NCBI GenBank assembly: GCA_963667205.1
Contig: OY762959.1
Coordinates: 680,857-744,856 of the forward strand
Source: Dehalococcoidia bacterium
Lineage (GTDB): Bacteria; Chloroflexota; Dehalococcoidia; SM23-28-2; RBG-16-64-32
Direction of reading: 5' to 3'
DNA: 64,000 nucleotides
Shown here: piece by piece, positions 19,299 to 29,087 of the stretch
Numbering within the stretch: the stretch's first letter is position 1
Layout: every line of letters begins with the position of its first letter
The notes under the pieces: model-generated
Told to the model about the DNA's origin: nothing
The model's database searches: none
The model's input: only the letters and a program-made list of their open reading frames with translations
Position numbers and translations under genes: made by a program

Positions 19299-20315
19299 AT
19301 GAGTCTGCGCATCGGCATCAACGGCTTTGGCCGCATCGGCCGTCAGGTCTACAAGGCGATGCACGACCTGCGCCCCGATAGCCTCGAGGTCGTGGCCGTC
19401 AACGACCTGACCAGCCCGCACACGAACGCCCACCTCCTCAAGTACGACAGCACGTACGGCCAGTTCGCCAGCGACATTTCGGCGACGGATGAATCGATCA
19501 CCGTAGACGGCAAGACGATCAAGGTTTTCGCCGAGCGCGATCCCGGCGCCATTCCCTGGTCCGGCGAAGGCATCGAGGTCGTGATCGAGTCCACCGGCTT
19601 CTTCACGGACGCCAACGCGGCGCGCGCGCACATCGACGGCGGCGGCGCGAAGAAGGTAATCATCAGCGCCCCGGCGAAGAACGAAGACCTGACCGTCGTC
19701 CTCGGCGTCAACGATCACCTCTACGACCCGGCCCAGCACAGCGTCATCTCCAACGCTTCCTGCACGACGAACTGCATCGCGCCCGTCGTCAAGGTGCTGC
19801 ACGACTTGTTCGGCGTGGCGAAGGGGTTCATGACGACGATCCACGCCATCACGAACGACCAGGTGATCCAGGACACCGTGCATTCGGACCTAAGACGCGC
19901 ACGCGCTGCCGGTCAGAACATCATCCCGACGACGACGGGCGCCGCCAAGGCCGTCACTCTCGTCATGCCGGAGCTCCAGGGCAAGCTGGACGGCATGGCC
20001 TTCCGCGTGCCGACGCCGACGGTGTCGGTGTGTGACTTCGTGGCGACGCTGGAGAAGCCGGCGACGAAGGACGAGGTGAACGAGGCCTTCAAGGACGCCG
20101 CCACCGAGTCTCTGCGCGGCATCCTGGGCTACTGCGACGAGCCGCTGGTCTCGACCGACTTCAAGGGCGACCCCCGCAGCTCGATCCTCGACTCGCTGAG
20201 CACGCTGGTACTCGACGGCGACCTCGTGAAGGCTGTGTCGTGGTACGACAACGAGTGGGGCTACGCCTGCCGCGTGGCCGATCTCTCGACGCTGATTGCC
20301 AAGCGCGGCTTCTAA
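19299..20315 (+). CDS. gap: Glyceraldehyde-3-phosphate dehydrogenase (type I)
   Basis: [17 protein letters not shown].., catalytic [12 protein letters not shown], 338 aa. RBS GGAGAGGG. Confidence 0.95.
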   Translation: MSLRIGINGFGRIGRQVYKAMHDLRPDSLEVVAVNDLTSPHTNAHLLKYDSTYGQFASDISATDESITVDGKTIKVFAERDPGAIPWSGEGIEVVIESTGFFTDANAARAHIDGGGAKKVIISAPAKNEDLTVVLGVNDHLYDPAQHSVISNASCTTNCIAPVVKVLHDLFGVAKGFMTTIHAITNDQVIQDTVHSDLRRARAAGQNIIPTTTGAAKAVTLVMPELQGKLDGMAFRVPTPTVSVCDFVATLEKPATKDEVNEAFKDAATESLRGILGYCDEPLVSTDFKGDPRSSILDSLSTLVLDGDLVKAVSWYDNEWGYACRVADLSTLIAKRGF

Positions 20316-20363
20316 CCGCGGCTTGACGTGCCGCCCCGGCTCCACATATATCTGAACAGTGAT

Positions 20364-20717
20364 ATGTTGAGTTCACCACGACACGAAGGCGCGACCCGCG
20401 ACTCCGTCATCACGGCGCTGTTCAAGGGGCTTGCCGACGGCTCACGCCTGAGTGTCCTGCGCGCCTGCCTGGACGAACCGCAGTGCGTTTCCGAGATCAC
20501 GGCGGTCACGGGCCTCTCGCAGCCGAACGTCTCCGGCCACCTGGCCTGCCTCTGGGACTGCGGACTGGTCGAGCGCGAACAGCGCGGCCGCCGGGCCTAC
20601 TACTCCGTGCCGGAACCGCGCGTCCGCGCACTCCTCGCCGCGGCCGACGACCTGCTCATCGACGTCGGCGAGAGGGTCTACGTCTGCAGCCGCTACCATC
20701 CGGAGCACCAGGCGTGA
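20364..20717 (+). CDS. ArsR/SmtB-family metalloregulatory transcriptional repressor
   Basis: wHTH with CVSEITAVTGLSQPNVSGHLACL. Stop TGA overlaps the GTG start of the CDF gene (GTGA). The track ORF starts at 20328 (M in MPPRLHIY); the internal ATG at 20364 (MLSSPR..) is preferred. Confidence 0.8.
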   Translation: MLSSPRHEGATRDSVITALFKGLADGSRLSVLRACLDEPQCVSEITAVTGLSQPNVSGHLACLWDCGLVEREQRGRRAYYSVPEPRVRALLAAADDLLIDVGERVYVCSRYHPEHQA

Positions 20718-21646
20718 GCCACGCGCACGGACGGAACGAGGACAGGCGGCGCCTGGCAATCGCCCTCGTCGTTACGATCGCCCTTCTCGTCGCGGAGGTC
20801 GTCGGTGGTGTCCTGACGGGCAGCCTGGCGCTGGCGGCCGACGGCGGACACATGGCGTCGGATGTGGGCGCGCTCAGCCTGAGCCTCGGCGCGATCTGGC
20901 TGGCCGCACGCCCGGCGACGACGCGCCGCACGTTTGGCTTCCACCGGGCTGAGATCCTGGCGGCGTTCGTGAACAGCATCGGACTGGTGCTGATCGCCGG
21001 CTACGTCTTCTGGGAGGCGGGCGGCCGCTTCGGAGACCCGCCCGAAGTCGACGCCGGGCCGATGCTGGGGATCGCCGCGGCCGGCCTCGCCAGCAACGTC
21101 GTCGCGGTCTTGCTGCTCTTCGACCGCCGCCGCCACAGCCTGAACATGCGCTCGGCGTTCCTGCACGTGATCGGCGACACGGCGGCGTCCCTGGGCGTGA
21201 TCGCCGCCGGCGTCGCGATGCTGATCACGGGCGAGTACCTGTTCGACCCGCTGATCAGCGTCGGGATCGGCGTGCTGATCTTACTTAGCTCGTTCCGCAT
21301 CACGTGGGAGTCCACGCAGGTGCTTCTGGAGGCGACACCGGCGGACGTCCACGTGCAGGATGTGCAGGCCGAGATGCTAAAGGTGCCGGGAGTGCGAAGC
21401 GTCCACGACCTCCACGTCTGGACGGTGACGTCAGGCTTCGTCTCGCTGAGCGCGCACGTGGAGACAAGCGGCGCCGGCGACATGCACGAGGTGCTTGTGA
21501 ATCTTCGCACTATGCTCGCCCGTACCTTTACAATAGAGCACGCAACGCTGCAGCTGGAGACCCGCGCCCTCCACGAAGAGTTAGAGGCCTGCTGCGGCGT
21601 CGATACCAAGGAGACCAACTCGCCGCATGCGCTTCACCACACGTAG
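20714..21646 (+). CDS. czcD: Cation diffusion facilitator (CzcD-like) metal efflux protein
   Basis: GTG at 20714. Six TMs. HxxxD-type motifs (AADGGHMASDVGA, LHVIGDTAASLG). C-terminal cytoplasmic domain. Confidence 0.85.
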   Translation: MSHAHGRNEDRRRLAIALVVTIALLVAEVVGGVLTGSLALAADGGHMASDVGALSLSLGAIWLAARPATTRRTFGFHRAEILAAFVNSIGLVLIAGYVFWEAGGRFGDPPEVDAGPMLGIAAAGLASNVVAVLLLFDRRRHSLNMRSAFLHVIGDTAASLGVIAAGVAMLITGEYLFDPLISVGIGVLILLSSFRITWESTQVLLEATPADVHVQDVQAEMLKVPGVRSVHDLHVWTVTSGFVSLSAHVETSGAGDMHEVLVNLRTMLARTFTIEHATLQLETRALHEELEACCGVDTKETNSPHALHHT

Positions 21647-22616
21647 CCTCATCCTCCCGCTCCTCGGTGCGCTGGTAATTGGCGCCGCCGCCTGTGGTGG
21701 GAGCAGCGACGTCGATATCAACATCAATGGCCCCACGGAGACCGACCGGGTCGTCCTGACGCCGCTTCCGGACGACGTCCTGCTGCCGACCGTCATCTCG
21801 TCCGACCTGGCAGTCGGCGAAAACCGCTTCCTCGTCGGCCTGCAGGATCAGGACACCGGCGCGCTGGAGCTGAACGCGAACCTGACCTTCGCGTTTTACC
21901 TGCTCGACGGCGGCGAAGGCACGCTCAAGTTTGAGCGCGAGGCGGAGGCGATCGTCCTCACGAAATCGTACTCTCACGCGCATGACGACGGCCTGGTGGA
22001 AATACATGAGGCCGGTGAGACCGGCGCTTACCAGACGACCGCCGACTTCGACGTGGCGGGCCTCTGGGGGGTCGAGGTCACGGGCACGACCGCCGACGGC
22101 CAGATAATTGAACCACTGCGTCCTGCGTTCTCCGTGGAGGAGGAGCGGTTCGGACTCTCTCTGGGCGACCCGGCGCCACTCAGCGAGCAGACGCTGCTAA
22201 GCGACGTTGACGACATCCGCGATATTGACACTTCGGTAAACCCAATCCCCGAGCAACACGATATGACGATCGCCGACGCTGTAGCGTCCGGCCGGCCGAC
22301 AGTAGTCGCCTTCGCGACGCCCGCCTTCTGCACAAGCCAGACCTGTGGCCCGACGAAGGATCTGTTTGACGATCTGTACAACGCATACGCAGACGAGGCC
22401 AACTTCGTACACGTTGAGCCCTATGACCTCCCGTGCGTGCGCGCGAACGACTTTACGGCGCTCTACAATTGCACGGACCCGGTCGTCGGTGAGTGGAGGC
22501 TGCAGAGCGAGCCATGGGTGTTCATCATCGATAGTGAAGGCAACATCGCCGCGATGTTCGACGGATTCATGGCGTACGACGAGATGGCGGACGCGCTGGT
22601 AGAAGCGATCGGCTAG
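21627..22616 (+). CDS. Lipoprotein with putative thioredoxin-like/SCO-like C-terminal domain
   Basis: MRFTTRSLILPLLGALVIGAAACGG (lipobox). C-terminal PTVVAFATPAFCTSQTCGP with two Cys. Start overlaps the czcD end, so probably co-transcribed with arsR-czcD. Confidence 0.45.
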   Translation: MRFTTRSLILPLLGALVIGAAACGGSSDVDININGPTETDRVVLTPLPDDVLLPTVISSDLAVGENRFLVGLQDQDTGALELNANLTFAFYLLDGGEGTLKFEREAEAIVLTKSYSHAHDDGLVEIHEAGETGAYQTTADFDVAGLWGVEVTGTTADGQIIEPLRPAFSVEEERFGLSLGDPAPLSEQTLLSDVDDIRDIDTSVNPIPEQHDMTIADAVASGRPTVVAFATPAFCTSQTCGPTKDLFDDLYNAYADEANFVHVEPYDLPCVRANDFTALYNCTDPVVGEWRLQSEPWVFIIDSEGNIAAMFDGFMAYDEMADALVEAIG

Positions 22617-22703
22617 GGGCCCGCAAAAGAGCACCGATCCTGCGCAATCCGCGCGTTTTCTTGTTCACACACTCGCGTTCCCGTAAAATCGTCTCCTGTA
22701 GAT

Positions 22704-24032
22704 ATGTTCGATTCACTCTCCGATAAGCTGCAAGGCGTCTTCCGCAAGCTCGGCAGCCGCGGCACAGTCACCGAGAAGGACCTCGACGAGGCCCTCCGGG
22801 AGGTGCGCCTGGCGCTGCTAGAGGCGGACGTCCACTACAAAGTCGTGAAGGAGTTCGTGGCCTCGGTGCGCGAAAACGCACTTGGCGCCGAGGTCCTCAA
22901 GAGCCTGACGCCGATGCAGCAGATCATCGACGTCGTCAACAAGCAGCTCGTTGAGGTGCTGGGAGGCGGCCACGCTAGGCTGGAGCGCAGCAAGAACCCA
23001 CCAACCGTGATCATGCTCGTCGGGCTCAAGGGCGCCGGCAAGACGACGACAGCCGCCAAGCTGGGGCTACACCTGCGACGCACGGGCGAGCGTCCGCTGC
23101 TGGTGGGCGCCGACCCGGAGCGCCTCGCCGCCGGCGAGCAGCTGCAGTCGCTGGGCAAGCAGCTCAGCATACCTGTCGTCACCGGCGAAGCCAACGCCGA
23201 CCCGACGGACGTCTGCAAGCAGGCGCTGAAGAGCGCGAAGAACTCGAGCGCCTCGTACATCGTCGTCGATACGGTCGGCCAGCTGGAGATGGACGACGAA
23301 GACCGCAAAGGCCTGCGCGAGATCCACAAGCTGCTGGACCCAACGGAGGTGATCCTGGTCGCCGACGCGATGACGGGCCAGGAAGCTGTGAACGCGGCCG
23401 AGCAGTTCAACGAGACGGTACCGCTGAGCGGCCTGATCCTGACGAAGGTTGACGGCGACGCGCGTGGCGGCGCGGCGCTCTCCATCCGCGCGGTAACCGG
23501 CGTACCGATCAAGTTTTTCGGGATGGGCGAGAAAGCCGACGCACTGGAGCCGTTCTACCCCGACCGCTTCGCCTCTCGCATCCTGGGCATGGGCGACCTG
23601 CTGACGCTGATCGACAAGGCGAAGGAGCAGATCAGCGAGGAAGAAGCGGAGTCGATCGCCGACCGGATGAAGAAGGGCGAGCTGACGCTGGACGACTTCC
23701 TGCAGCAGTACCAGCGGATCAAGAACATGGGCCCGCTCTCCAACCTGCTGAGCCTTGTGCCGGGCCTCTCCCAGATCAAGAACCGCCTCAACACGGAAGA
23801 GATGGATGAGAGCTACTTCGCCCAGGTGGAGGCGATCATCTACTCGATGACCAAGGCTGAGCGCAACGACCCGGCGATCATCGACGGCAGCAGGCGCCGC
23901 CGCATCGCCAACGGTAGCGGCACGAAGCCACAGGACGTGAACCGGGTACTCAAGCAGTTCAAAGAAGCAAAGAAGATAATGCAGCAGATCTCGGCCGGCC
24001 ACGGGTCAGCGATTTCGCCGTTCCTCCGGTAG
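22704..24032 (+). CDS. ffh: Signal recognition particle protein Ffh
   Basis: N and G domains (GLKGAGKTTTAAKLG, DTVGQ, KVDGDARGG) and M domain. 442 aa. Confidence 0.95.
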   Translation: MFDSLSDKLQGVFRKLGSRGTVTEKDLDEALREVRLALLEADVHYKVVKEFVASVRENALGAEVLKSLTPMQQIIDVVNKQLVEVLGGGHARLERSKNPPTVIMLVGLKGAGKTTTAAKLGLHLRRTGERPLLVGADPERLAAGEQLQSLGKQLSIPVVTGEANADPTDVCKQALKSAKNSSASYIVVDTVGQLEMDDEDRKGLREIHKLLDPTEVILVADAMTGQEAVNAAEQFNETVPLSGLILTKVDGDARGGAALSIRAVTGVPIKFFGMGEKADALEPFYPDRFASRILGMGDLLTLIDKAKEQISEEEAESIADRMKKGELTLDDFLQQYQRIKNMGPLSNLLSLVPGLSQIKNRLNTEEMDESYFAQVEAIIYSMTKAERNDPAIIDGSRRRRIANGSGTKPQDVNRVLKQFKEAKKIMQQISAGHGSAISPFLR

Positions 24033-24068
24033 CCCGATGATCCCCCTACACAATCTCGGAGGTGCCAA

Positions 24069-24731
24069 GTGCTACGCATTCGACTGTCCCGGGTAGGAAA
24101 GAGGAAACAGCCTGCCTACCGCATCGTGGTGACCGACCGCCGCAACCCCCGCGAGGGCGCCCACCTGGAGGTGATCGGCCACTTCAACCCGCTTACCGAT
24201 CCGCCGACGGTCAAGATCAAGGACGAGCGCGCGATCCACTGGCTCAAGGTCGGCGCGATGCCGTCGGACACGGCGGCCAGGATTCTTACCAAGGCGGGCC
24301 TCATGGAGCAGGCCGGACGAGAGCCGTTCGTCTACGTCGGCAAGCAGGTGCCGAAGGGCCAGAAGAACCCGAAGAAGGCCCGTAAGGAGGCAGAGGAGGG
24401 CGGCGCGCCCGCCGCGGCGGTAGCGTCCGCACCGGCCGCCAAGGTGAAGGCTGAGGCACCAGCCGAGGAGCCCGCAGCAGAAGCTCCGGCGGTAGAAAGA
24501 GCCCGCAGCCGAAGAGCCCGCAGCCGAAGAGCCCGCTGCCGAAGAGCCTGCAGCCGAAGAGCCCGCAGCCCGGCCGAAGAGCCCGCAGCCGAAGAGCCCG
24601 CAGCCGAAGAGCCCCAGGCCGAAGAGCCCGCAGCCGAAGAGCCCGCAGCCGAAGAGCCCGAGGAGGCAACGGCTGAGGAGCCGGCCGCAGAAGAGCCAGC
24701 GGCCGAGGAGAAGACCAAGGGAAAAAGCTAG
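24069..24731 (+). CDS. rpsP: 30S ribosomal protein S16 with about 130-aa low-complexity C-terminal extension (AEEPA repeats)
   Basis: GTG start. MLRIRLSRVGKRKQPAYRIVV.. S16 core is about 85 aa. The tail is encoded by a GAAGAGCCCGCAGCC 15-nt tandem array. It is read in two frames (RARSRRARSRR.. then AEEPAAEEP..) because of compensating indels at ~24497 and ~24570. Confidence 0.85.
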   Translation: MLRIRLSRVGKRKQPAYRIVVTDRRNPREGAHLEVIGHFNPLTDPPTVKIKDERAIHWLKVGAMPSDTAARILTKAGLMEQAGREPFVYVGKQVPKGQKNPKKARKEAEEGGAPAAAVASAPAAKVKAEAPAEEPAAEAPAVERARSRRARSRRARCRRACSRRARSPAEEPAAEEPAAEEPQAEEPAAEEPAAEEPEEATAEEPAAEEPAAEEKTKGKS

Positions 24732-24751
24732 CACCCCACGGAGACCCGCAA

Positions 24752-24979
24752 ATGAAAGAGCTCATCGAGTACATGGCCCGCGCCATCGTGGACAACCCGG
24801 ACGACGTGGAAGTGACGGAGGAAGACGGCGGCGGTCACATCATCTTCCGGCTGAAGGTGGCGGAGGAGGACATGGGGCGCGTGATCGGCAAGCAGGGCCG
24901 GATCGCCAACGCCATGCGCTCCCTGCTGAAGGTGGCGGCGATCCGCCGTGACGAGAGGGTCATCCTCGAAATCGGCTAG
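24752..24979 (+). CDS. KH-domain RNA-binding protein (YlqC/UPF0109 family)
   Basis: 75 aa with a GKQGRI KH motif. Conserved position between rpsP and rimM. Confidence 0.8.
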   Translation: MKELIEYMARAIVDNPDDVEVTEEDGGGHIIFRLKVAEEDMGRVIGKQGRIANAMRSLLKVAAIRRDERVILEIG

Positions 24980-25487
24980 GCCCGGGGACGAGGTCGCGGA
25001 CGGTTACGTCGCCGTCGGGCGCGTGCTCGCCCCGTTCGGCGTGCGGGGCGAGATCAAGGTCGAGGCGCTGGCGCCGCTGCAGACGTTCAAGCGCGGCCGC
25101 AGCGTGACGCTGCGGGGCGACGTCCACGAGATTGAGGGCAGCCGCCGCCACAAGGGGGCAGTCCTCCTGAAGCTGGCCGGCATCGAAACTCCGGAGGCCA
25201 TCGCCAGCTATCGTGACTCCTACCTGCAGGTCCCGAAAGGCGACCTGGCCGCGCTGAGCGAAGGAGAGTACTACCGCTACGAGCTGATCGGCCTGCGCGT
25301 GGTCAGTACAGCGGGCGAGGAGCTGGGCGAGATCGCCGAAGTGCTGGAGCGGCCGGCGAACGACGTGTTCGTCGTGCGCGGGCCGAATGGCGAGGCGCTG
25401 ATCCCGGCGGTGGACGATATCGTGCGCAACGTCGACGTCGCCGGCGGCGTGGTCACGGTGGAGGTCGTGCCAGGCCTGCTGCCGTGA
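24948..25487 (+). CDS. rimM: Ribosome maturation factor RimM
   Basis: VAVGRVLAPFGVRGEIKV.. and PRC barrel. The ATG at 24948 overlaps the KH gene by 32 nt, so the true start may be slightly downstream. Confidence 0.85.
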   Translation: MTRGSSSKSARPGDEVADGYVAVGRVLAPFGVRGEIKVEALAPLQTFKRGRSVTLRGDVHEIEGSRRHKGAVLLKLAGIETPEAIASYRDSYLQVPKGDLAALSEGEYYRYELIGLRVVSTAGEELGEIAEVLERPANDVFVVRGPNGEALIPAVDDIVRNVDVAGGVVTVEVVPGLLP

Positions 25488-25536
25488 GCGGTCGGTGCGT
25501 TATAATTAACGGTGGCCGTGCTAGCGGCCGACAGGT

Positions 25537-25612
<76 letters not shown>

Positions 25613-25689
25613 TTTGATTTACCGCCAACGACCCGCCTGAGGGTCAGCTACTGCCCGGCGCTGAGAATGCGGGGGGGGCACAATGTCGC

Positions 25690-25731
25690 CGGAGCCCCCG
25701 TAGCTCAGTGGAAAGAGCATCGGTTTCCTAA
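25690..25731 (+). repeat. attL: 42-bp direct repeat equal to the 5' half (positions -4 to 38) of tRNA-Arg(CCT)
   Basis: CGGAGCCCCCGTAGCTCAGTGGAAAGAGCATCGGTTTCCTAA is identical to 32458-32499. The sequence diverges immediately after the anticodon loop, so it is not a functional tRNA. Confidence 0.85.
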
Positions 25732-25835
25732 TTCGATTCCCGGCGTCCGCCACTGTCCGATAGCGTCCGTGTCAGATACAAGATAGTGGGGCACTGTCCG
25801 CATTCGTACGCTGGGCGTCGTCGTCAACCGTCGGC

Positions 25836-25858
25836 GTGGCTGTCAGCGTGGCTGTCAG
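25836..25858 (+). promoter_or_regulatory. Tandem GTGGCTGTCAG x2 (putative integrase arm-type binding sites, left arm)
   Basis: GTGGCTGTCAGcGTGGCTGTCAGa. The same 10-mer occurs twice, plus a degenerate third copy, at 32369-32403 in the right arm. Confidence 0.5.
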
Positions 25859-25998
25859 AAATGGGACCCAATGACGGCCCCTCGTCTCCCCCGTTATGGG
25901 GTCTACCCTTCTGGCGGTGGGGCGAAAAAAGGGTCGCGGGTGGAGGTCTAAGGTCGTGCGCGAGCACCGTAAACAAGAGACGGCGTCAAGGAATCCTG

Positions 25999-26372
25999 CT
26001 AAACGCCGACATCCCCGGCCGTGTCCGGAGATGTGATGACGTTGCCTGAGCTGCAGTTAGCGTCGCCGCAGTGCAGCACCTTCAGGTCGTCGTTGGTGCC
26101 GTCGTAGTAGCTGACGACCGGGTTGCCGCTGCCGTCCAGCGTCAGTGAGTTGAAGGAGCCCACAAGGCCCGTCGCATCAGGCACGTAATGACGTTGCCCG
26201 CGGCCATGACGACCCCCGCCAGCAGCACCCCCACCAGGGCGAGCGTCACCACGGCAGCGGTGAGCGGGGTTATTAGAAACCTTAGAACGGCGCGTCCAGT
26301 GGAGGACATGCCACACCCCCAATGTGTACGACAATGATACTGCTGATCATTCGGCGACACACAATCGTCCAT
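25999..26372 (-). pseudogene. Truncated, frameshifted fragment of the 43-aa Cys-repeat protein family (see 34381..36152)
   Basis: Signal/TM (ORF 26142..26372) followed in another frame by ..[48 protein letters not shown].. (ORF 25999..26334). About 1.5 repeats, then a stop. Confidence 0.45.
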
Positions 26373-26585
26373 GATCGCAATCAGAGATGTCAGCGATAGA
26401 TGCTCTTCTCAGTGAGTCCGTCGGCGCCGGCTACTTAGACCGGAACTGGCCGCCAGCCCTTGAGGAAGCCGGCGCCTGGCCACTGTCGAGTCTCCGACAG
26501 GCCTTCGTAAACGGACATGGTAGGCATCAGAGTGCCAGATGCGGTCGATGCAGGTCGCAGGGTCTCAGGCGCGAACTCCGAACGG

Positions 26586-28214
26586 TTATTCAACGACTAG
26601 AACCTCCGAGCCCATGAGGGGACACTCCGCCTCTTGCGTCACGCTAAGTCCAGCGTCGAAGCGCAGTACCTTGAGCGAGTCGACGGGTGTCACCTCGCCG
26701 CCGCAGTCCACGTCACCCCAAGGATGGGGGGACGCATTCTGCACATCGACGACCTGTCCGAAGTCCGGACAATCGCCGGTGTTGGTGCCCAGACCGGCGT
26801 CGAAGCGCAGAGTAAGCAGCGAGTCAACGGGGTCGGCGGAGCCGGAGCAGTTGCTGTCCCCCCAGGTCGCCTCGAGACCCTCAGGCAGCAGCCCGTGGAC
26901 GAAGATGTCGTCGACGCCATTCGTGTCGCCGGGCACCAGGTTGGTGGCGAACGACCGGAAGGCCACGACGAGTCCGTTGGCGCTGATGGCCGGGTCGAAG
27001 GAACCAGCGTCGCTCTCGCCGCTGTCGCTGCTGACACTAACTCGCGTCGTCTCGCCCGTCTCGCGGTCGTGGACGAAGACGTCGCTGACGCCGTTGGTGT
27101 CGCCGGGCACCAGGTTGCTGGCGAACGAGAAGAACGTGACATGGCGGCCGTCACCACTGATGTCCGGGGCAAAACTCTCCTCGTTGCTCTCGACGCCCGC
27201 GGTGCTCACGCTCACGCGGGTCGTTTCTCCGGTCTCCAGGTCGTATACGAAGATGTCGCTTCGGTCGTTCGTGTCGCCGGGCACGAGGTTGGTGGCGAAC
27301 GACCGGAAGGCCACGTATCGGCCTTCGCCGCTTATCGCGGCGTCAAAGCTGGCGCCGTTCGGCTCGACGCTAGCGGCACCGGCGCTAGAGCTGCGGAATA
27401 CCTAGCCATCGGAGTGAAGCGGTGTAACCTCGTTCGCCATGAGGTCCCATACCTGCAGAAACCCGGCACTTGCGAAAATGACTCGGCGGCCGTCGGCGCT
27501 AAAGGTGAGTTGGCAGGTGTCGTCGGGTTTGAAGCCCGTATGAATTACTATGCCCGTATCCAACCCCTCCACGTAGAGGCCTGCCCCCTGCGCCCCGCTC
27601 TCGGCATCGGCGTAGTAAACGACGCGGCGACCGCCGGGGCTGGTGGTCTTACCTAGTTTCGGGCATGTGTTGCCACCTTCAAAGAGGCCTAAATTGTCGA
27701 CGTCGAGGAAGCCTTTTATGGCGAATCCTGTGATAGCTAGCCCTAGGATGTCCTGATGGGATATTGCCGCGAGGCTCACGGAGAACTCGAAGGCAATCGC
27801 CTGTCCATCGTCACTGATGTCCGGGGAACGGCTGAAGTCATTACTACCACCGCCTATGCTATTCTCGCTGACGCGCAGGGTCTCGCCAGTGACTACGTCG
27901 CGGCGGAAGACGTCCAGGACCCCGTTCGTGTCGCCCAGGACAAGGTTCGTGGCGCTGGATTCGAAGGCCACGTAGCGGCCGTCGCCGCTGATGACAGGGG
28001 GGCCGCTGCCCGCGTCGGCCTGTCCGCCCTGGCTGTCCACGCTGATACGCTCGGTAATGGCAGCGGGCGACGCCTCGGTCGGGGCACCCGCCGGGAGCAG
28101 CATCGTGAGCAGGCCCAGCAGCGGCAGTAGAACGAGCCAGAACGACAGCGTACGGACTGGAGGGAGCGAGGAAGGGACGCGGCTAGGGAGCGGCTTCGTG
28201 GTCTCAGGGTGCAC
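26586..28214 (-). CDS. Secreted PD40-repeat beta-propeller protein with C-terminal Cys-dockerin-like module; single in-frame TAG at 27402-27404
   Basis: ORFs 27402..28214 and 26586..27314 are in the same frame. The translation is continuous across the TAG (..VTPLHSDG*VFRSSSAGAASVEPNGASFDAAISGEGRYVAFRSFATNLVPGDTN..). Repeats are of the ISGDGRYVAF.S.A.NLVPGDTNG..DVF type. Confidence 0.6.
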
Positions 28215-28578
28215 TGTGTAACCTCCTGGCCCACAGATCGGGCTCGGGCGTTAGGCCGACATTATATACCTCAGAGTGAGGGTGGCTAGGGGGACGCGCC
28301 TGTAAGGCCTTCCAGGTCCAGTACCGTTGCCAGGCAGTGCGTTGCCAGCGGATGACGGTCTCAGGCTGAACGAACACGACCGCCGACTGCCAGCGCGACC
28401 ACAGCTGGGAGAGGAATGACCAGAAGAGGCGGTCAGATGGGGCAAGCCTGGGTCGACGCGACTGGCGGGAGAGGACAGCGAGTTGCTGGCGGAGAGCCAG
28501 GTTCTCAAGGACGAGATGCCGTCGCGAGCTCAGGGCTGCGCGCAGGGCGGAGCCGAGGAGCGACAAGTAGGTGATCAA
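28204..28578 (-). mobile_element. IS transposase N-terminal fragment (rve/DDE-type, IS481-like), truncated
   Basis: ..LENLALRQQLAVLSRQSRRPRLAPSDRLFWSFLSQLWSRWQSAVVFVQPETVIRWQRTAWQRYWTWK.. is typical of the HTH N-termini of IS481-like transposases. Homology is lost after about 90 aa. No catalytic domain. Confidence 0.55.
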
Positions 28579-28919
28579 TGCGGGGCCTCCATTAGGGTGT
28601 AGTGCCCCAACGCGGGCCCCAACTAGCTCACGGAGTCAACCGCTCCAGATACGGATGACATTTTGGCACCCCACAGCGCTATCACTGCCAGCCCCCAACT
28701 CACGTAGGTAGGCGAAGTGACCACAGCCGTCCGTCCCTTGCACTAAGGCTTACCCTCTCAGCGCGAGCCGATGCCGCCGTGTGGGGCATTACGGTCGGAA
28801 CGGGTATGGCTCAAGCCGTCGATTCCGATCCTGATCGCGAGCCTCGCTATCCTCATCGGAGCGCTCAGCCCAGGTGGATCCTCTCGATCCGTAGCGACCG
28901 GACTCGATGGTCGCGTACC

Positions 28920-29009
28920 AGCATTGCAGTGGCTGATCAGGCGCTGTATGTCCTCGGAAGAAAACGGCTGGACGATTTTCTGCGGGACTTTAATGTTCTT
29001 GACCTCCAC
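28920..29009 (-). pseudogene. Remnant of a second tyrosine integrase (linker/SAM-like region only)
   Basis: ..EVKNIKVPQKIVQPFSSEDIQRLISHC.. parallels ..VTPPRDRKQEVQPLSPEEARAFLDAV.. of the intact integrase at 31219. Followed by non-homologous sequence. Confidence 0.4.
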
Positions 29010-29087
29010 TACCTATGAAAGCCCTACGTGGACGACATATACTCGAATCAGTAAAACACCTATCAGACGAAAGGATGGCATATCTCC

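Noticed and set aside
23067-24002. 311-aa minus-strand ORF
   Set aside because: Antisense to ffh.
24481-24720. 15-nt tandem repeat array (CRISPR-like periodicity)
   Set aside because: The repeats are contiguous with no spacers. They are coding (the AEEPA tail of S16).
25501-25506. TATAAT hexamer 31 nt upstream of tRNA-Ala as the tRNA promoter -10
   Set aside because: No convincing -35 element is visible at the right spacing. It is plausible but unsupported, so it was left out of the feature list.
28616-28637. Possible third att-core copy (GGGCCCCAACTAGCTCACGGAG)
   Set aside because: Only about 14/22 matches to the att core. This is too weak to call without alignment statistics. It is mentioned only as a lead under the composite-element finding.
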